Positions 8,916 through 17,362 of a DNA stretch of 49,598 bases are shown piece by piece; the first letter of the stretch is position 1; the number at the start of each line of letters is the position of its first letter. This DNA is from a virus. Taxonomy: Duplodnaviria > Caudoviricetes. Made by a program: the position numbers and the translations under genes. The DNA is taken from IMG/VR virus record IMGVR_UViG_3300017716_001243, positions 1-49,598 of that record, one strand, 5' to 3'. Under the pieces are notes generated by a model that saw nothing but the letters and a program-made list of their open reading frames with translations, made no database searches and had not been told where the DNA came from.

Positions 8916-9057
8916 TGTGGCACTATGGCTCACTTGGTATCCTAAAGAGGTGACCCTCAGTGAGCTGGCACGAGCTTACCCCAATGCTGACCTAAAGAAA
9001 GCTCTGAGAATAGTCTCGGAGTACAAAGAACTTCGCCGAAGCAATCGGCTAGATTAA
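8899..9057 (+). CDS. Small hypothetical protein, 52 aa
   Basis: MTETASVALWLTWYPKE...; fills the gap. Confidence 0.5.
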   Translation: MTETASVALWLTWYPKEVTLSELARAYPNADLKKALRIVSEYKELRRSNRLD

Positions 9058-9080
9058 GGAGGCACTAAGTACCTAAGGCA

Positions 9081-10751
9081 TTGAAGACGCATCAGCCCTG
9101 TGATTCGTGCGGGTCGTCTGATGCATTGGCAATCTACGAGGACCATAGTTTTTGCCATTCATGTAAGGTCCGAACAAACACAAACTCACCGAGCTTTCGC
9201 AAGGAAGCTACAGAAGTGAGGGAGAAGAAACTGACGAGCAACGTAAAAACCATTAGACCCATTCCCAAAGAATTCACCGATCTGGCAGATAGGCGCATCA
9301 GTGCAGCCACAGCCAAGAAATACGGGGTCACCAATGACAAGGACGAGAGTAATGAAGTCAAGCACGTATACCCATATTATACACGGGACGGTGTTCACAT
9401 TGCGAATAAGCTGCGGCGGCGAAGTGTCAAGGGTTTCCTTTGGGAAGGTGAATCCGGGCAAGCTTCGCTCTTTGGACAGCAGGTATTCCCAGCGGGCAGT
9501 GCTAAGGCGATCACCGTCGTCGAGGGCGAGTGCGATGCAATGGCTGCTTACGAAATGCAAGGCAGCCGATATCCCGTGGTCTCGGTCAAAAGTGCTGGTC
9601 AGGCAACTCGAGACGCAGCTGAAAACTTTGAGTACCTAAACTCCTTCGAATCCATTGTCATATGCTTCGACAAGGATGAGGCAAAAGTGGCCCCCGACGG
9701 TTCAATCCGTTACCCGGGCCAAGAAGCTGCCCTAGCGGTAGCACAGATGTTCCCCATCGGTAAGGTGCGTGTCCTGACGCTTGCTGACGCCAAGGACCCT
9801 AATGACTACCTTATCGAAGGTTGGGCCGCCAAGTTCACTAAGGAATGGTGGGCTGCCCCGACCTTTACGCCGAGCGGTCTCAAGCTGGGCAAGGACATGT
9901 GGGACGAAATCAGCACCCCCAAGAACTACGAGACTGTCCCCTATCCTTGGACGGGGATGAATGACATGACCTATGGTATGAGGTTGTCCGAGGTTGTCCT
10001 CGTGACGGCAGATACCGGGGTCGGTAAGACGAGCTATCTAAAAGAGATTGAACACTTCATTCTCACGGATAAGGCTTGCGTCGAGAAAGGATACGGTATT
10101 GGCTTCCTCCACTTGGAAGAAAGTAATTCAGACACTGCTCTTGGGCTTATGTCAATCAGTGCTGACAAGCCTCTGCATCTTCCTGATGTTAGGGCAAGTG
10201 TCGATGCTACCGAACTTCGGACCTATTATGATGCTGTCATTAACAATGATCGCGTGGTTGTATGGGACCATTTTGGTAGTAACTCTATCCATGAGGTGCT
10301 GGCTAAAATAAGGCACATGCACAATCTGGGGTGCAAGTACATCTTCCTAGATCACCTCTCCATCATTGTCTCTGACCAGAACGGAGACGAACGAAAGCAG
10401 CTCGATGAAATCAGCACCAAGCTCAAGACGCTGTGTATGGAGCTTAACATTGCAGTGGTGGCCGTTATCCATCAAAATCGACAAGGACAAATTAGGTCTT
10501 CTGCGGGACCTGAACAAATATCCAATATTGTCGTTAAGCTGTCTCGTCTTAAAGAGGATGCCGATTCGTGGAGACGTAATGTCACTAAGGTCGTTGTCCA
10601 GAAGAATAGGTTCTGTGGAAGGACTGGTCCAGGTGTCTACCTATTCTACGATGACATGTCTGGACGTCTACGTGAGTTGGACAAAGAAGAAATCATGAAA
10701 TATGAGAACGGAGGCGGCGGCGGTGTAGCTGCTGATGCGCCATGGGTCTAA
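9081..10751 (+). CDS. T7 gp4-like primase-helicase
   Basis: Zn finger CDSC..CHSC; TOPRIM VVEGECD and FDKD; Walker A ADTGVGKT; FLDHL; KNRFCG.TG. Confidence 0.95.
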   Translation: MKTHQPCDSCGSSDALAIYEDHSFCHSCKVRTNTNSPSFRKEATEVREKKLTSNVKTIRPIPKEFTDLADRRISAATAKKYGVTNDKDESNEVKHVYPYYTRDGVHIANKLRRRSVKGFLWEGESGQASLFGQQVFPAGSAKAITVVEGECDAMAAYEMQGSRYPVVSVKSAGQATRDAAENFEYLNSFESIVICFDKDEAKVAPDGSIRYPGQEAALAVAQMFPIGKVRVLTLADAKDPNDYLIEGWAAKFTKEWWAAPTFTPSGLKLGKDMWDEISTPKNYETVPYPWTGMNDMTYGMRLSEVVLVTADTGVGKTSYLKEIEHFILTDKACVEKGYGIGFLHLEESNSDTALGLMSISADKPLHLPDVRASVDATELRTYYDAVINNDRVVVWDHFGSNSIHEVLAKIRHMHNLGCKYIFLDHLSIIVSDQNGDERKQLDEISTKLKTLCMELNIAVVAVIHQNRQGQIRSSAGPEQISNIVVKLSRLKEDADSWRRNVTKVVVQKNRFCGRTGPGVYLFYDDMSGRLRELDKEEIMKYENGGGGGVAADAPWV

Positions 10752-10779
10752 ACAATAAGAGCATCCGAAAAGGAGCCGA

Positions 10780-12582
10780 ATGTACCTCAACCACAAGGAC
10801 CTCTCGAAATACTGGGTCCTCGACATCGAAGCAGACAGCCTCAAACCATCTCGAATTTGGGTGGTGGTTGCAGAGAATGCAGCTACAGGCGAAGTTTGCG
10901 TATTCACCGATCCTGAACAGTTCAATCGTTTCGTCGCTGCGAACCGTGAGTCCTACTTCGTGGGTCATAATTTTCTCAGCTTTGATGTACCTCACCTTAA
11001 TCGCCTGTGGGGTTGCGGCATCCCATTCGACCGGGTAGTTGACACCCTCGTACTAAGCTACATGTACGACCCACGCATGAAAGGCGGTCATTCGCTCGAG
11101 GCGTGGGGCGAACGCATGAAGTTCCCCAAGCTGGCTCACGAAGATTGGAGTCAGTACAGCCCAGAAATGTTGGAGCGATGTAAACAAGATGTCAGACTCA
11201 CCAAGCGTGTATTCCTTGCGCTATCTTCCCGAATGGCAGCACGAGGATTCTCCGAAAAGTCCTGTAAGATTGAACATGACATCAGGGTCGTGGTCGACAA
11301 ACAAGAGCGAAACGGATTTTACTTCGACATTGAAGGAGCTGAACGACTCCATCGGCGAGTACTTGACGAAAAGGACGCTCTTGGAATTCCAATTGGAAAA
11401 CTATTTCCACCAGTACTCAAATCGGCGGGAACTTACAATTATCGAGTCCGAGCAGACGGTGCACCTTATGCATCGTTTGAAAGGCATTTATCCTCTTACC
11501 CCAAGCTCGTTCTTGATGAAGACGCTGGGACTTATGAAGTTTTTGACTGGAAAGAATTCAACATCGGGTCGCCTCCACAACGACTCGAAAAGCTTCTCTC
11601 CATAGGGTTCAAACCCACCAAGAAGACCAAGACCGGCGGTCCATCCGTCGATGAAGACAGCCTCGTGGAATTCGCCAACTCTAAGAAAGGCGTTCCCGAG
11701 GCCCAAGCTATTGCCGATTGGCTTGTCCTGTCTGGACGCTCCTCTATGCTTCAGACATGGCTAAATGCGGTAGACCGTACGGATTCTCGAATGCGAGGCA
11801 GGGTCCTTACCTGTGGCGCTATTACGCGCAGGATGACCCACTTTAATCCTAACACGGCAAACATCCCCAAGGCTAAACCGAAAGTAAAGTATGGTAAAGA
11901 GTGCCGAGAACTGTGGACAGTCGCCGACCGGGCCACCCGAAGGCTCGTCGGATATGACGCCAAGGGTCTCGAAATGCGTATGTTCGGACACTACCTTCGT
12001 GACCCTGTTGCAGCAGAACTGTACATTCACGGGGACCCCCACGCGGTCAATACAGCGAACCTCGGCCTCGCGCCAGAGGAACGTGACCTAATTGTTAAGA
12101 ACGTCTTCTATGCGTTTCTCTACGGAGCACAAGACCGTCGCCTAGATGCCACTGCCAACAAAGGTCGTGGCTTCGGTAAGATGGCCCGTGAGATTCTCAT
12201 GAAGACTACCCCCGGCCTAGAGAATGCCATTCGGGAGGCTCAGGAAGAGCAGAAGACTGGCTGGATTCAAACGATTGACGGTGGATATGTCAGGTGCCTT
12301 AGTCCACACGCGGCGCTGAACAGTAAGCTTCAATCGGCCGGGGGCATTACCATGAAGGTAGCCTCTATCATACTCGACCGTTGGTGCACCGAGAAAGGCA
12401 TCGACCAACTCAAAGTAGGAGACATCCATGACGAAGGACAACACGACGTACTATTCACTGACGCTGAAGAATTTGGAAAGCTGGCAGTTGCGAGCATTGT
12501 CAGTGCTGGTGAAGAGCTTGGCTTCTCGGTCCCCCTCGATGGTGATTACAAAATCGGGTACAGCTGGGCGGAAACTCACTAA
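10780..12582 (+). CDS. polA: Family A DNA polymerase with 3'-5' exonuclease
   Basis: DIEAD and HNFLSFD exonuclease motifs; DAKGLEMR (A), KNVFYAFLYG (B, Tyr at the 762-equivalent position), IHDE (C). Confidence 0.95.
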   Translation: MYLNHKDLSKYWVLDIEADSLKPSRIWVVVAENAATGEVCVFTDPEQFNRFVAANRESYFVGHNFLSFDVPHLNRLWGCGIPFDRVVDTLVLSYMYDPRMKGGHSLEAWGERMKFPKLAHEDWSQYSPEMLERCKQDVRLTKRVFLALSSRMAARGFSEKSCKIEHDIRVVVDKQERNGFYFDIEGAERLHRRVLDEKDALGIPIGKLFPPVLKSAGTYNYRVRADGAPYASFERHLSSYPKLVLDEDAGTYEVFDWKEFNIGSPPQRLEKLLSIGFKPTKKTKTGGPSVDEDSLVEFANSKKGVPEAQAIADWLVLSGRSSMLQTWLNAVDRTDSRMRGRVLTCGAITRRMTHFNPNTANIPKAKPKVKYGKECRELWTVADRATRRLVGYDAKGLEMRMFGHYLRDPVAAELYIHGDPHAVNTANLGLAPEERDLIVKNVFYAFLYGAQDRRLDATANKGRGFGKMAREILMKTTPGLENAIREAQEEQKTGWIQTIDGGYVRCLSPHAALNSKLQSAGGITMKVASIILDRWCTEKGIDQLKVGDIHDEGQHDVLFTDAEEFGKLAVASIVSAGEELGFSVPLDGDYKIGYSWAETH

Positions 12583-12600
12583 AGAAGAAGAGGAACACTA

Positions 12601-12756
12601 TTGGCAGATGATGTAATTTGGACTGTCGTCGACGAAAGAGAGTTGATCTCACTCCATAGAACCCACGAAGGCGCTCTGTACGCCAGACTTATATACATGG
12701 AGAACAATCCAACGCGGAAGTGCATCCATGTAGATGCAGAAGAGTTGTGGGATTAA
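12601..12756 (+). CDS. Small hypothetical protein, 51 aa
   Basis: GAGGA RBS then TTG; MADDVIWTVVDERELISLHRTHEGA... Confidence 0.6.
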   Translation: MADDVIWTVVDERELISLHRTHEGALYARLIYMENNPTRKCIHVDAEELWD

Positions 12757-12788
12757 CCACCCTACCTATTTACCTCCGGGGTAAGAAT

Positions 12789-12816
12789 ATTATATCACAT
12801 ATTTCTAAAATGTCAA
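12789..12816 (-). promoter_or_regulatory. Consensus sigma70 promoter pointing antisense towards polA
   Basis: Minus strand reads TTGACA-16 nt-TATAAT. Confidence 0.6.
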
Positions 12817-12929
12817 GGGCCGAACTTGAAGCGGCATTCAAAGCTCTTCAGGAAGCCTACGCAGAACTGCGCGAACGCTATAACAACGAAAAGGTAAAGA
12901 CAGGCCGCTACGATCACGCTATTTTCTAG
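12810..12929 (+). CDS. Small coiled-coil hypothetical protein
   Basis: MSRAELEAAFKALQEAYAELRERY...; weak RBS. Confidence 0.4.
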   Translation: MSRAELEAAFKALQEAYAELRERYNNEKVKTGRYDHAIF

Positions 12930-12957
12930 TTGACTTCTTTGTCAATTATGCTATAAT
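12930..12957 (+). promoter_or_regulatory. Sigma70 promoter for the SSB-nuclease-RNR operon
   Basis: TTGACT-16 nt-TATAAT with extended TG. Confidence 0.75.
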
Positions 12958-13015
12958 AAGAGAGTAGGGTTCTCCCCCGCTTTCATAACAAACAATAAGA
13001 AACGGAAAAACAAAC

Positions 13016-13477
13016 TTGGTTATTCAAGGTCCAGTACACTACGCCAAAGTTCTTGGCGCTCCTGCTTGGGGTTACAAAAAGCAATACAAAGAATGGTCCG
13101 TCGATCTGTGCATTGACGCTCCGACCAAAGCCCGGCTTCTCGAGGCTGGCATGTCGAAGTCGGCCATCAAGAATAAAGGCGATGATCGCGGTGACTTCAT
13201 CACGTTCAAGCGCCGTGAACTGAAGAAGGACGGCTCGGCGGGTAAGCCCATCGAAGTCGTCAACAAGAAGGGTCAGCCGTGGGACCAGAAGGCTCTCATC
13301 GGCAATGGCTCGGTCTGTAATTTCAAGATCGCTCTGAACGAGTACGAAGGCGAGACTAAACCCGGCCTCATTAAGATGCAGGTTGTGGAGCACGTCGAGT
13401 ACGAAGGTCGTGCCGGTGACGATGAAGACCTGCCGACGTACGGCGATGATGGCACTGTTGAGGATTGGAGTCAGTAA
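13016..13477 (+). CDS. Single-stranded DNA-binding protein (T7 gp2.5-like)
   Basis: LIGNGS motif, acidic C-terminal tail, position after polA. Confidence 0.75.
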   Translation: MVIQGPVHYAKVLGAPAWGYKKQYKEWSVDLCIDAPTKARLLEAGMSKSAIKNKGDDRGDFITFKRRELKKDGSAGKPIEVVNKKGQPWDQKALIGNGSVCNFKIALNEYEGETKPGLIKMQVVEHVEYEGRAGDDEDLPTYGDDGTVEDWSQ

Positions 13478-13614
13478 TGGGTCTCTCCGCGCTCTTCACA
13501 TACTTGGAAGAATGCCTTGCAATGTACGATGACATGATTATTGAAGACATGTTTGATGTGGGCAAGCAAGCAGCGTATCAAGAGATTTATGATCTGATTA
13601 ACGAAGTTCCCTAA
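13477..13614 (+). CDS. Small hypothetical protein, 45 aa
   Basis: TAATG overlap with the SSB gene. Confidence 0.55.
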   Translation: MGLSALFTYLEECLAMYDDMIIEDMFDVGKQAAYQEIYDLINEVP

Positions 13615-13706
13615 GGGACTTGATGGGGCCCTCCGGCGATTAGGCGTGGAGGTGCTGCACGGGGGCGACGGGTAAGGGGCCGACCGTGCACTTAAGCTAG
13701 GACACT

Positions 13707-13874
13707 ATGGAAATTAAAAATTCTTTAACTGCTTTTAGGCTTGACGGCGAACCTGTCTGGGTCATTCAAGATCACCACACACATGCGGACATCCTACGAT
13801 TCGTTGTTGATGATATCGGCCTAAGTGAAGCCATGTTTATTCTCGAAGAAATGAAAGACAAGACTGATTGCTAA
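13707..13874 (+). CDS. Small hypothetical protein, 55 aa
   Basis: AGGA RBS; MEIKNSLTAFRLDGEPVW... Confidence 0.55.
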   Translation: MEIKNSLTAFRLDGEPVWVIQDHHTHADILRFVVDDIGLSEAMFILEEMKDKTDC

Positions 13875-14718
13875 ACAAATTGAAAACCTCGTTGAAGACA
13901 TCTATGATCTCTTTCGACACGGGGCTGACATCTCTGATGATCTCGTTGTCGAGTTTGCGGCATCCCTTGCCTCGACCGTTCAAGATCGTGTTCAATCTAG
14001 TGGTACTCCCCGTGAGCCTACTCTTCGCATGTCCAATCTGGGCAAGCCGGACCGTCAGCTCTGGTATGAGTTCCATGATGACGGAAGCAAAGAGGGGTTG
14101 GAACCATCAACGCTCCTTAAGTTCCTCATCGGCGACATCTACGAGTCCGTTCTCCTCTTCCTCGCAAAAGCAGCCGGGCACGAAGTCACCCAAGAGCAAG
14201 CCGAAGTCGAAATCAACGGCATCAAAGGCCACATCGACGCAGTAATCGATGGCCACGTTGTCGACGTTAAATCTGCATCGACCTATGCCTTCAAGAAGTT
14301 CAAATATGGAACACTCGCCGACGACGACCCGTTCGGTTATATCGACCAAATCGGAGGGTACAGTGTGGCTTTGGGGCTACCCGGAGCTTTTCTTGCGGGC
14401 GACAAACAGAATGGGCACCTAGCCCTACTTCAAGTCCCACAAGAAGAAACTGAAGGACTCCGTATTGAAGAGCGTATTGAACACCTCAAAGAGGTGGTGG
14501 TCTCTGAGGCCGAACCAGAACGTTGTTACGACCCTGTGCCTGACGGTCTTAGCGGTAATCTCGCTCTTGCTGTGGGTTGCAGCTATTGCCCTCATAAGTT
14601 CCGTTGTTGGGCTGATGCAAATGATGGGGTTGGTGTAAGAACCTTCCTCTATAGCTCCGGGCCAAAGCATCTTGTCGAGGTCCACAAAGAACCTAAAGTG
14701 CCGGAGTTGACTTTCTGA
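13867..14718 (+). CDS. PD-(D/E)xK Cas4-like exonuclease, apparent ATT start
   Basis: RMSNLGKP.RQLWY, GHID, VDVKS, C.YC..K..CW; frame open upstream to ATT GCT AAA (IENLVEDIY), bounded by TGA at 13852. Confidence 0.85.
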   Translation: MAKQIENLVEDIYDLFRHGADISDDLVVEFAASLASTVQDRVQSSGTPREPTLRMSNLGKPDRQLWYEFHDDGSKEGLEPSTLLKFLIGDIYESVLLFLAKAAGHEVTQEQAEVEINGIKGHIDAVIDGHVVDVKSASTYAFKKFKYGTLADDDPFGYIDQIGGYSVALGLPGAFLAGDKQNGHLALLQVPQEETEGLRIEERIEHLKEVVVSEAEPERCYDPVPDGLSGNLALAVGCSYCPHKFRCWADANDGVGVRTFLYSSGPKHLVEVHKEPKVPELTF

Positions 14719-14882
14719 TGTCACAACTGTCCGAAGCTCAACGCTGGTTTATCCAAGGTCAATGGGAAGCTTTTGATCGTATTCTTTCTTATTTGAATAC
14801 TCTCGAAACTCGAACTGTTGACAAACACACAATATACGGCGCTGTAATGCAAATGCGCCCCATTAAGAAAGAGACAAATTAA
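14718..14882 (+). CDS. Small hypothetical protein, 54 aa
   Basis: TGATG overlap. Confidence 0.55.
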   Translation: MSQLSEAQRWFIQGQWEAFDRILSYLNTLETRTVDKHTIYGAVMQMRPIKKETN

Positions 14883-15113
14883 TTGTCCAACATTGTAAAC
14901 CTTGGCGGTGAAAAAATTGCTGCCCCAGAACAAACCTACGACTACAACTTCACGCTCAAAGACGGCACTGAGATCATCGAGCACGGTCTTCTGTCCTTTA
15001 ACCCTGTCTTTGCTGGCACGGTGACCGAGGACGGAAAGCTCCTGTTTGCCACCCCCATGGACAACGTGCGGTCGATCAAGCGCATGGAGCCTAAGGCCAA
15101 ACTTAACAGCTAA
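14883..15113 (+). CDS. Hypothetical protein
   Basis: 76 aa, coupled to its neighbours. Confidence 0.65.
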   Translation: MSNIVNLGGEKIAAPEQTYDYNFTLKDGTEIIEHGLLSFNPVFAGTVTEDGKLLFATPMDNVRSIKRMEPKAKLNS

Positions 15114-15670
15114 TGCGTAAATGTTTAGAGTGTGGCTGCTCTATTGAACATAAGCGGTCACACGCTAAATTCTGCACACAGAAATGTTGTAATAAGGCAA
15201 GCTGTCGAAATTGGAATTTGCGTTTTCCAGATAAGAAGAAAGCGCACAACCGTAAAGGAACACAAGTTCGACGCTCAAAGCGCGTTTTTGGTTCCTCTAT
15301 TAGAGAACAGGCTAAAGCTTTGGGTTTTCGATCTGGATTTGAGAGGACCCTTGCTGCCTCGCTACAAAAACGCAAGATGAAGTTTGGATACGAAACACTC
15401 CAACTTCCTTACACAATAAATCACGTATATTCGCCGGATTTTGTACTGCCTAACGGTATCTTGATCGAAGCCAAAGGTAAGTTAACTCCGCAAGATCGGT
15501 CTAAAATGATTGCTGTAAAAAAGCACCATCCTGATCTGGACATCCGTTTCGTGTTCATGCGCGGCGAGAACAAATTAACTGCTAAAAGCAAAACAACATA
15601 CATGATGTGGGCGGCTAAGAATGGTTTTCCCGCAGCAGATGAGGAGATACCCGACGAATGGCTGAAATGA
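15113..15670 (+). CDS. T7 endonuclease I-like Holliday junction resolvase with N-terminal Zn finger
   Basis: FRSGFE, YSPDFVL, IEAKG, DIRFVF, W..KNGF; N-terminal CLEC...FCTQKC. Confidence 0.9.
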   Translation: MRKCLECGCSIEHKRSHAKFCTQKCCNKASCRNWNLRFPDKKKAHNRKGTQVRRSKRVFGSSIREQAKALGFRSGFERTLAASLQKRKMKFGYETLQLPYTINHVYSPDFVLPNGILIEAKGKLTPQDRSKMIAVKKHHPDLDIRFVFMRGENKLTAKSKTTYMMWAAKNGFPAADEEIPDEWLK

Positions 15671-15828
15671 TTAAGGTCGAAATTTGGCTTAATCCTAACA
15701 GCGGTCCTATTGTTCGTGACGATGTAATTATGGCCTACGATAAAGGCCCGTTCTTTGTCCTTCAACGCGCTGATCGCTTTGAGAAATACCCCATTGCTAA
15801 TATCTGGCGGGTGGTGCAATTTGGGTAA
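15667..15828 (+). CDS. Small hypothetical protein, 53 aa
   Basis: ATGA overlap; MIKVEIWLNPNSGP... Confidence 0.55.
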   Translation: MIKVEIWLNPNSGPIVRDDVIMAYDKGPFFVLQRADRFEKYPIANIWRVVQFG

Positions 15829-16570
15829 GACACACCTAATCATCCCCGACAGCCATGCACACCCCGACTTCCACAACAAACGATACCAGTGGCTCGGCCA
15901 TCTCATCAACGACATCAAACCCGACGTGGTTATTGATATCGGCGACTGGTGGGACATGCCCAGCCTGTGCTCGTATGATAAAGGGACTAAAGGCTTTGAG
16001 GGTCGTCGTTATAAACGAGACATTGACGCGGGCCTAGACGCTCAGGAGAAGATGTTTGAAATCATCCGCAAGCAAAAGAAAAAGCTCCCCCGCTTTGTCC
16101 GAACCCTCGGAAATCACGAACATCGCATCTGTCGAGCCGTTGAGCGCGACCCTGTTCTTGAAGGCACTATTGGTCTGGCCGATCTCCAAAGCAAGGAGTA
16201 TGGATGGGAAGAAATTCCGTTCCTCACTCCAATCGGCATTGATGGCGTCACCTATCAGCACTACTTCACATCTGGTATTATGGGTCGACCAATCTCAGGT
16301 GAGCGTCATGCTCAGACCCTCATTCTCAAGCAGCTTGCGTCCTGCACCCAAGGGCACTCACACCTCTTTGACTATTGCGTTAGGTCCGATGTTCGAGGAA
16401 ACAAAATCCACGGCTGCGTGGTCGGTGTTTACCAAGACTATCATGCCGACTTTGCTGGACCGGCTAACCAGATGTGGAATCAAGGTGTCGTAGTCAAGCG
16501 TGGTGTCGAGAACGGCAACTACGATGTTGAGCACATTAGCCTCAAGCGTATCAAGGAAGCTTATGCCTGA
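15821..16570 (+). CDS. Calcineurin-like metallophosphoesterase
   Basis: PDSH, IGDWWD, LGNHE, QGHSH. Confidence 0.9.
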   Translation: MGKTHLIIPDSHAHPDFHNKRYQWLGHLINDIKPDVVIDIGDWWDMPSLCSYDKGTKGFEGRRYKRDIDAGLDAQEKMFEIIRKQKKKLPRFVRTLGNHEHRICRAVERDPVLEGTIGLADLQSKEYGWEEIPFLTPIGIDGVTYQHYFTSGIMGRPISGERHAQTLILKQLASCTQGHSHLFDYCVRSDVRGNKIHGCVVGVYQDYHADFAGPANQMWNQGVVVKRGVENGNYDVEHISLKRIKEAYA

Positions 16571-16712
16571 ATATGAAGTAATGTATGACATTAAGGCACA
16601 ACAATCGTTGGTTATGATTCGTATCCCATATGACTATGACCTTAGTAAAATTTTTAAGGAAGATGCTGAAGCTGAGGTTGACAGCCTTTTGATGTCGGCA
16701 CTTGGATATTAA
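16563..16712 (+). CDS. Small hypothetical protein
   Basis: AAGGA RBS; MPEYEVMYDIK... Confidence 0.5.
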   Translation: MPEYEVMYDIKAQQSLVMIRIPYDYDLSKIFKEDAEAEVDSLLMSALGY

Positions 16713-16891
16713 TGGATTACACCCTAACTCAAGAGTTCCGGGAAAGGCTCATTGAACGCTACGATGGTGTGAGCCTCGCAGAGATTCTCAACTTGAGTGT
16801 TGAAGATATCTGGGAGGCCTTCCACGATCGCTGTATGGACAATGGTGAGCTCATCCAGGAGACAGGAATCTTCCACCTAGATGACGATTGA
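16712..16891 (+). CDS. Small hypothetical protein, 59 aa
   Basis: TAATG overlap; LAEILNLSVEDIWEAFHDR. Confidence 0.6.
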   Translation: MDYTLTQEFRERLIERYDGVSLAEILNLSVEDIWEAFHDRCMDNGELIQETGIFHLDDD

Positions 16892-17312
16892 CAACACCAA
16901 TCCTAAAACGATTGCAGGTCAGTCCAAGCCTAGCCCATTTCTAGTACCTCCGGCTGCCATCCTTGAAATTGCTCAAGCGTTCAGGGATGGCGCGGAGAAG
17001 TATGGGCCCTATAACTGGCGTGACAAACCTGTGCCCGCCCTGACCTACCTCAATGCTGCCAAGCGTCATATGGATGCGTGGTTCGACGGCGAGGAACGGT
17101 CAGAAGACGCCGATGCACTGCACTTGGCCCACGCGGCTGCCTGCTTCTGCATCCTTATTGATGCCGCCCATTGTGGAATGCTTATTGATGACCGACCGAA
17201 ACCGGGCAAAAGTGCTGAAGTCATTACAACGGAAACGGAGCGAAATCGTGCGAGACTTGCACACAGTCAAGTATCGTTTGAGAGTCCTCTCTTCGCCCCT
17301 CGAGAAACGTAA
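16881..17312 (+). CDS. DUF5664 dATP/dGTP diphosphohydrolase-like protein
   Basis: NPK..G..K, GAEKYGPYNWR, AAKRH, GE, HLAHAAAC. Confidence 0.85.
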   Translation: MTIDNTNPKTIAGQSKPSPFLVPPAAILEIAQAFRDGAEKYGPYNWRDKPVPALTYLNAAKRHMDAWFDGEERSEDADALHLAHAAACFCILIDAAHCGMLIDDRPKPGKSAEVITTETERNRARLAHSQVSFESPLFAPRET

Positions 17313-17362
17313 GCGACAGAAAGACTGGTTGCGATACCTAGATGAACACGAATAGGAACTGA

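Noticed and set aside
13867-14718. Cas4-like gene as part of a CRISPR system
   Set aside because: No cas1 or other cas genes and no array; stand-alone nucleases of this type are normal in such phages
16881-17312. Z-genome (2-aminoadenine) pathway
   Set aside because: No PurZ or DatZ homologue seen
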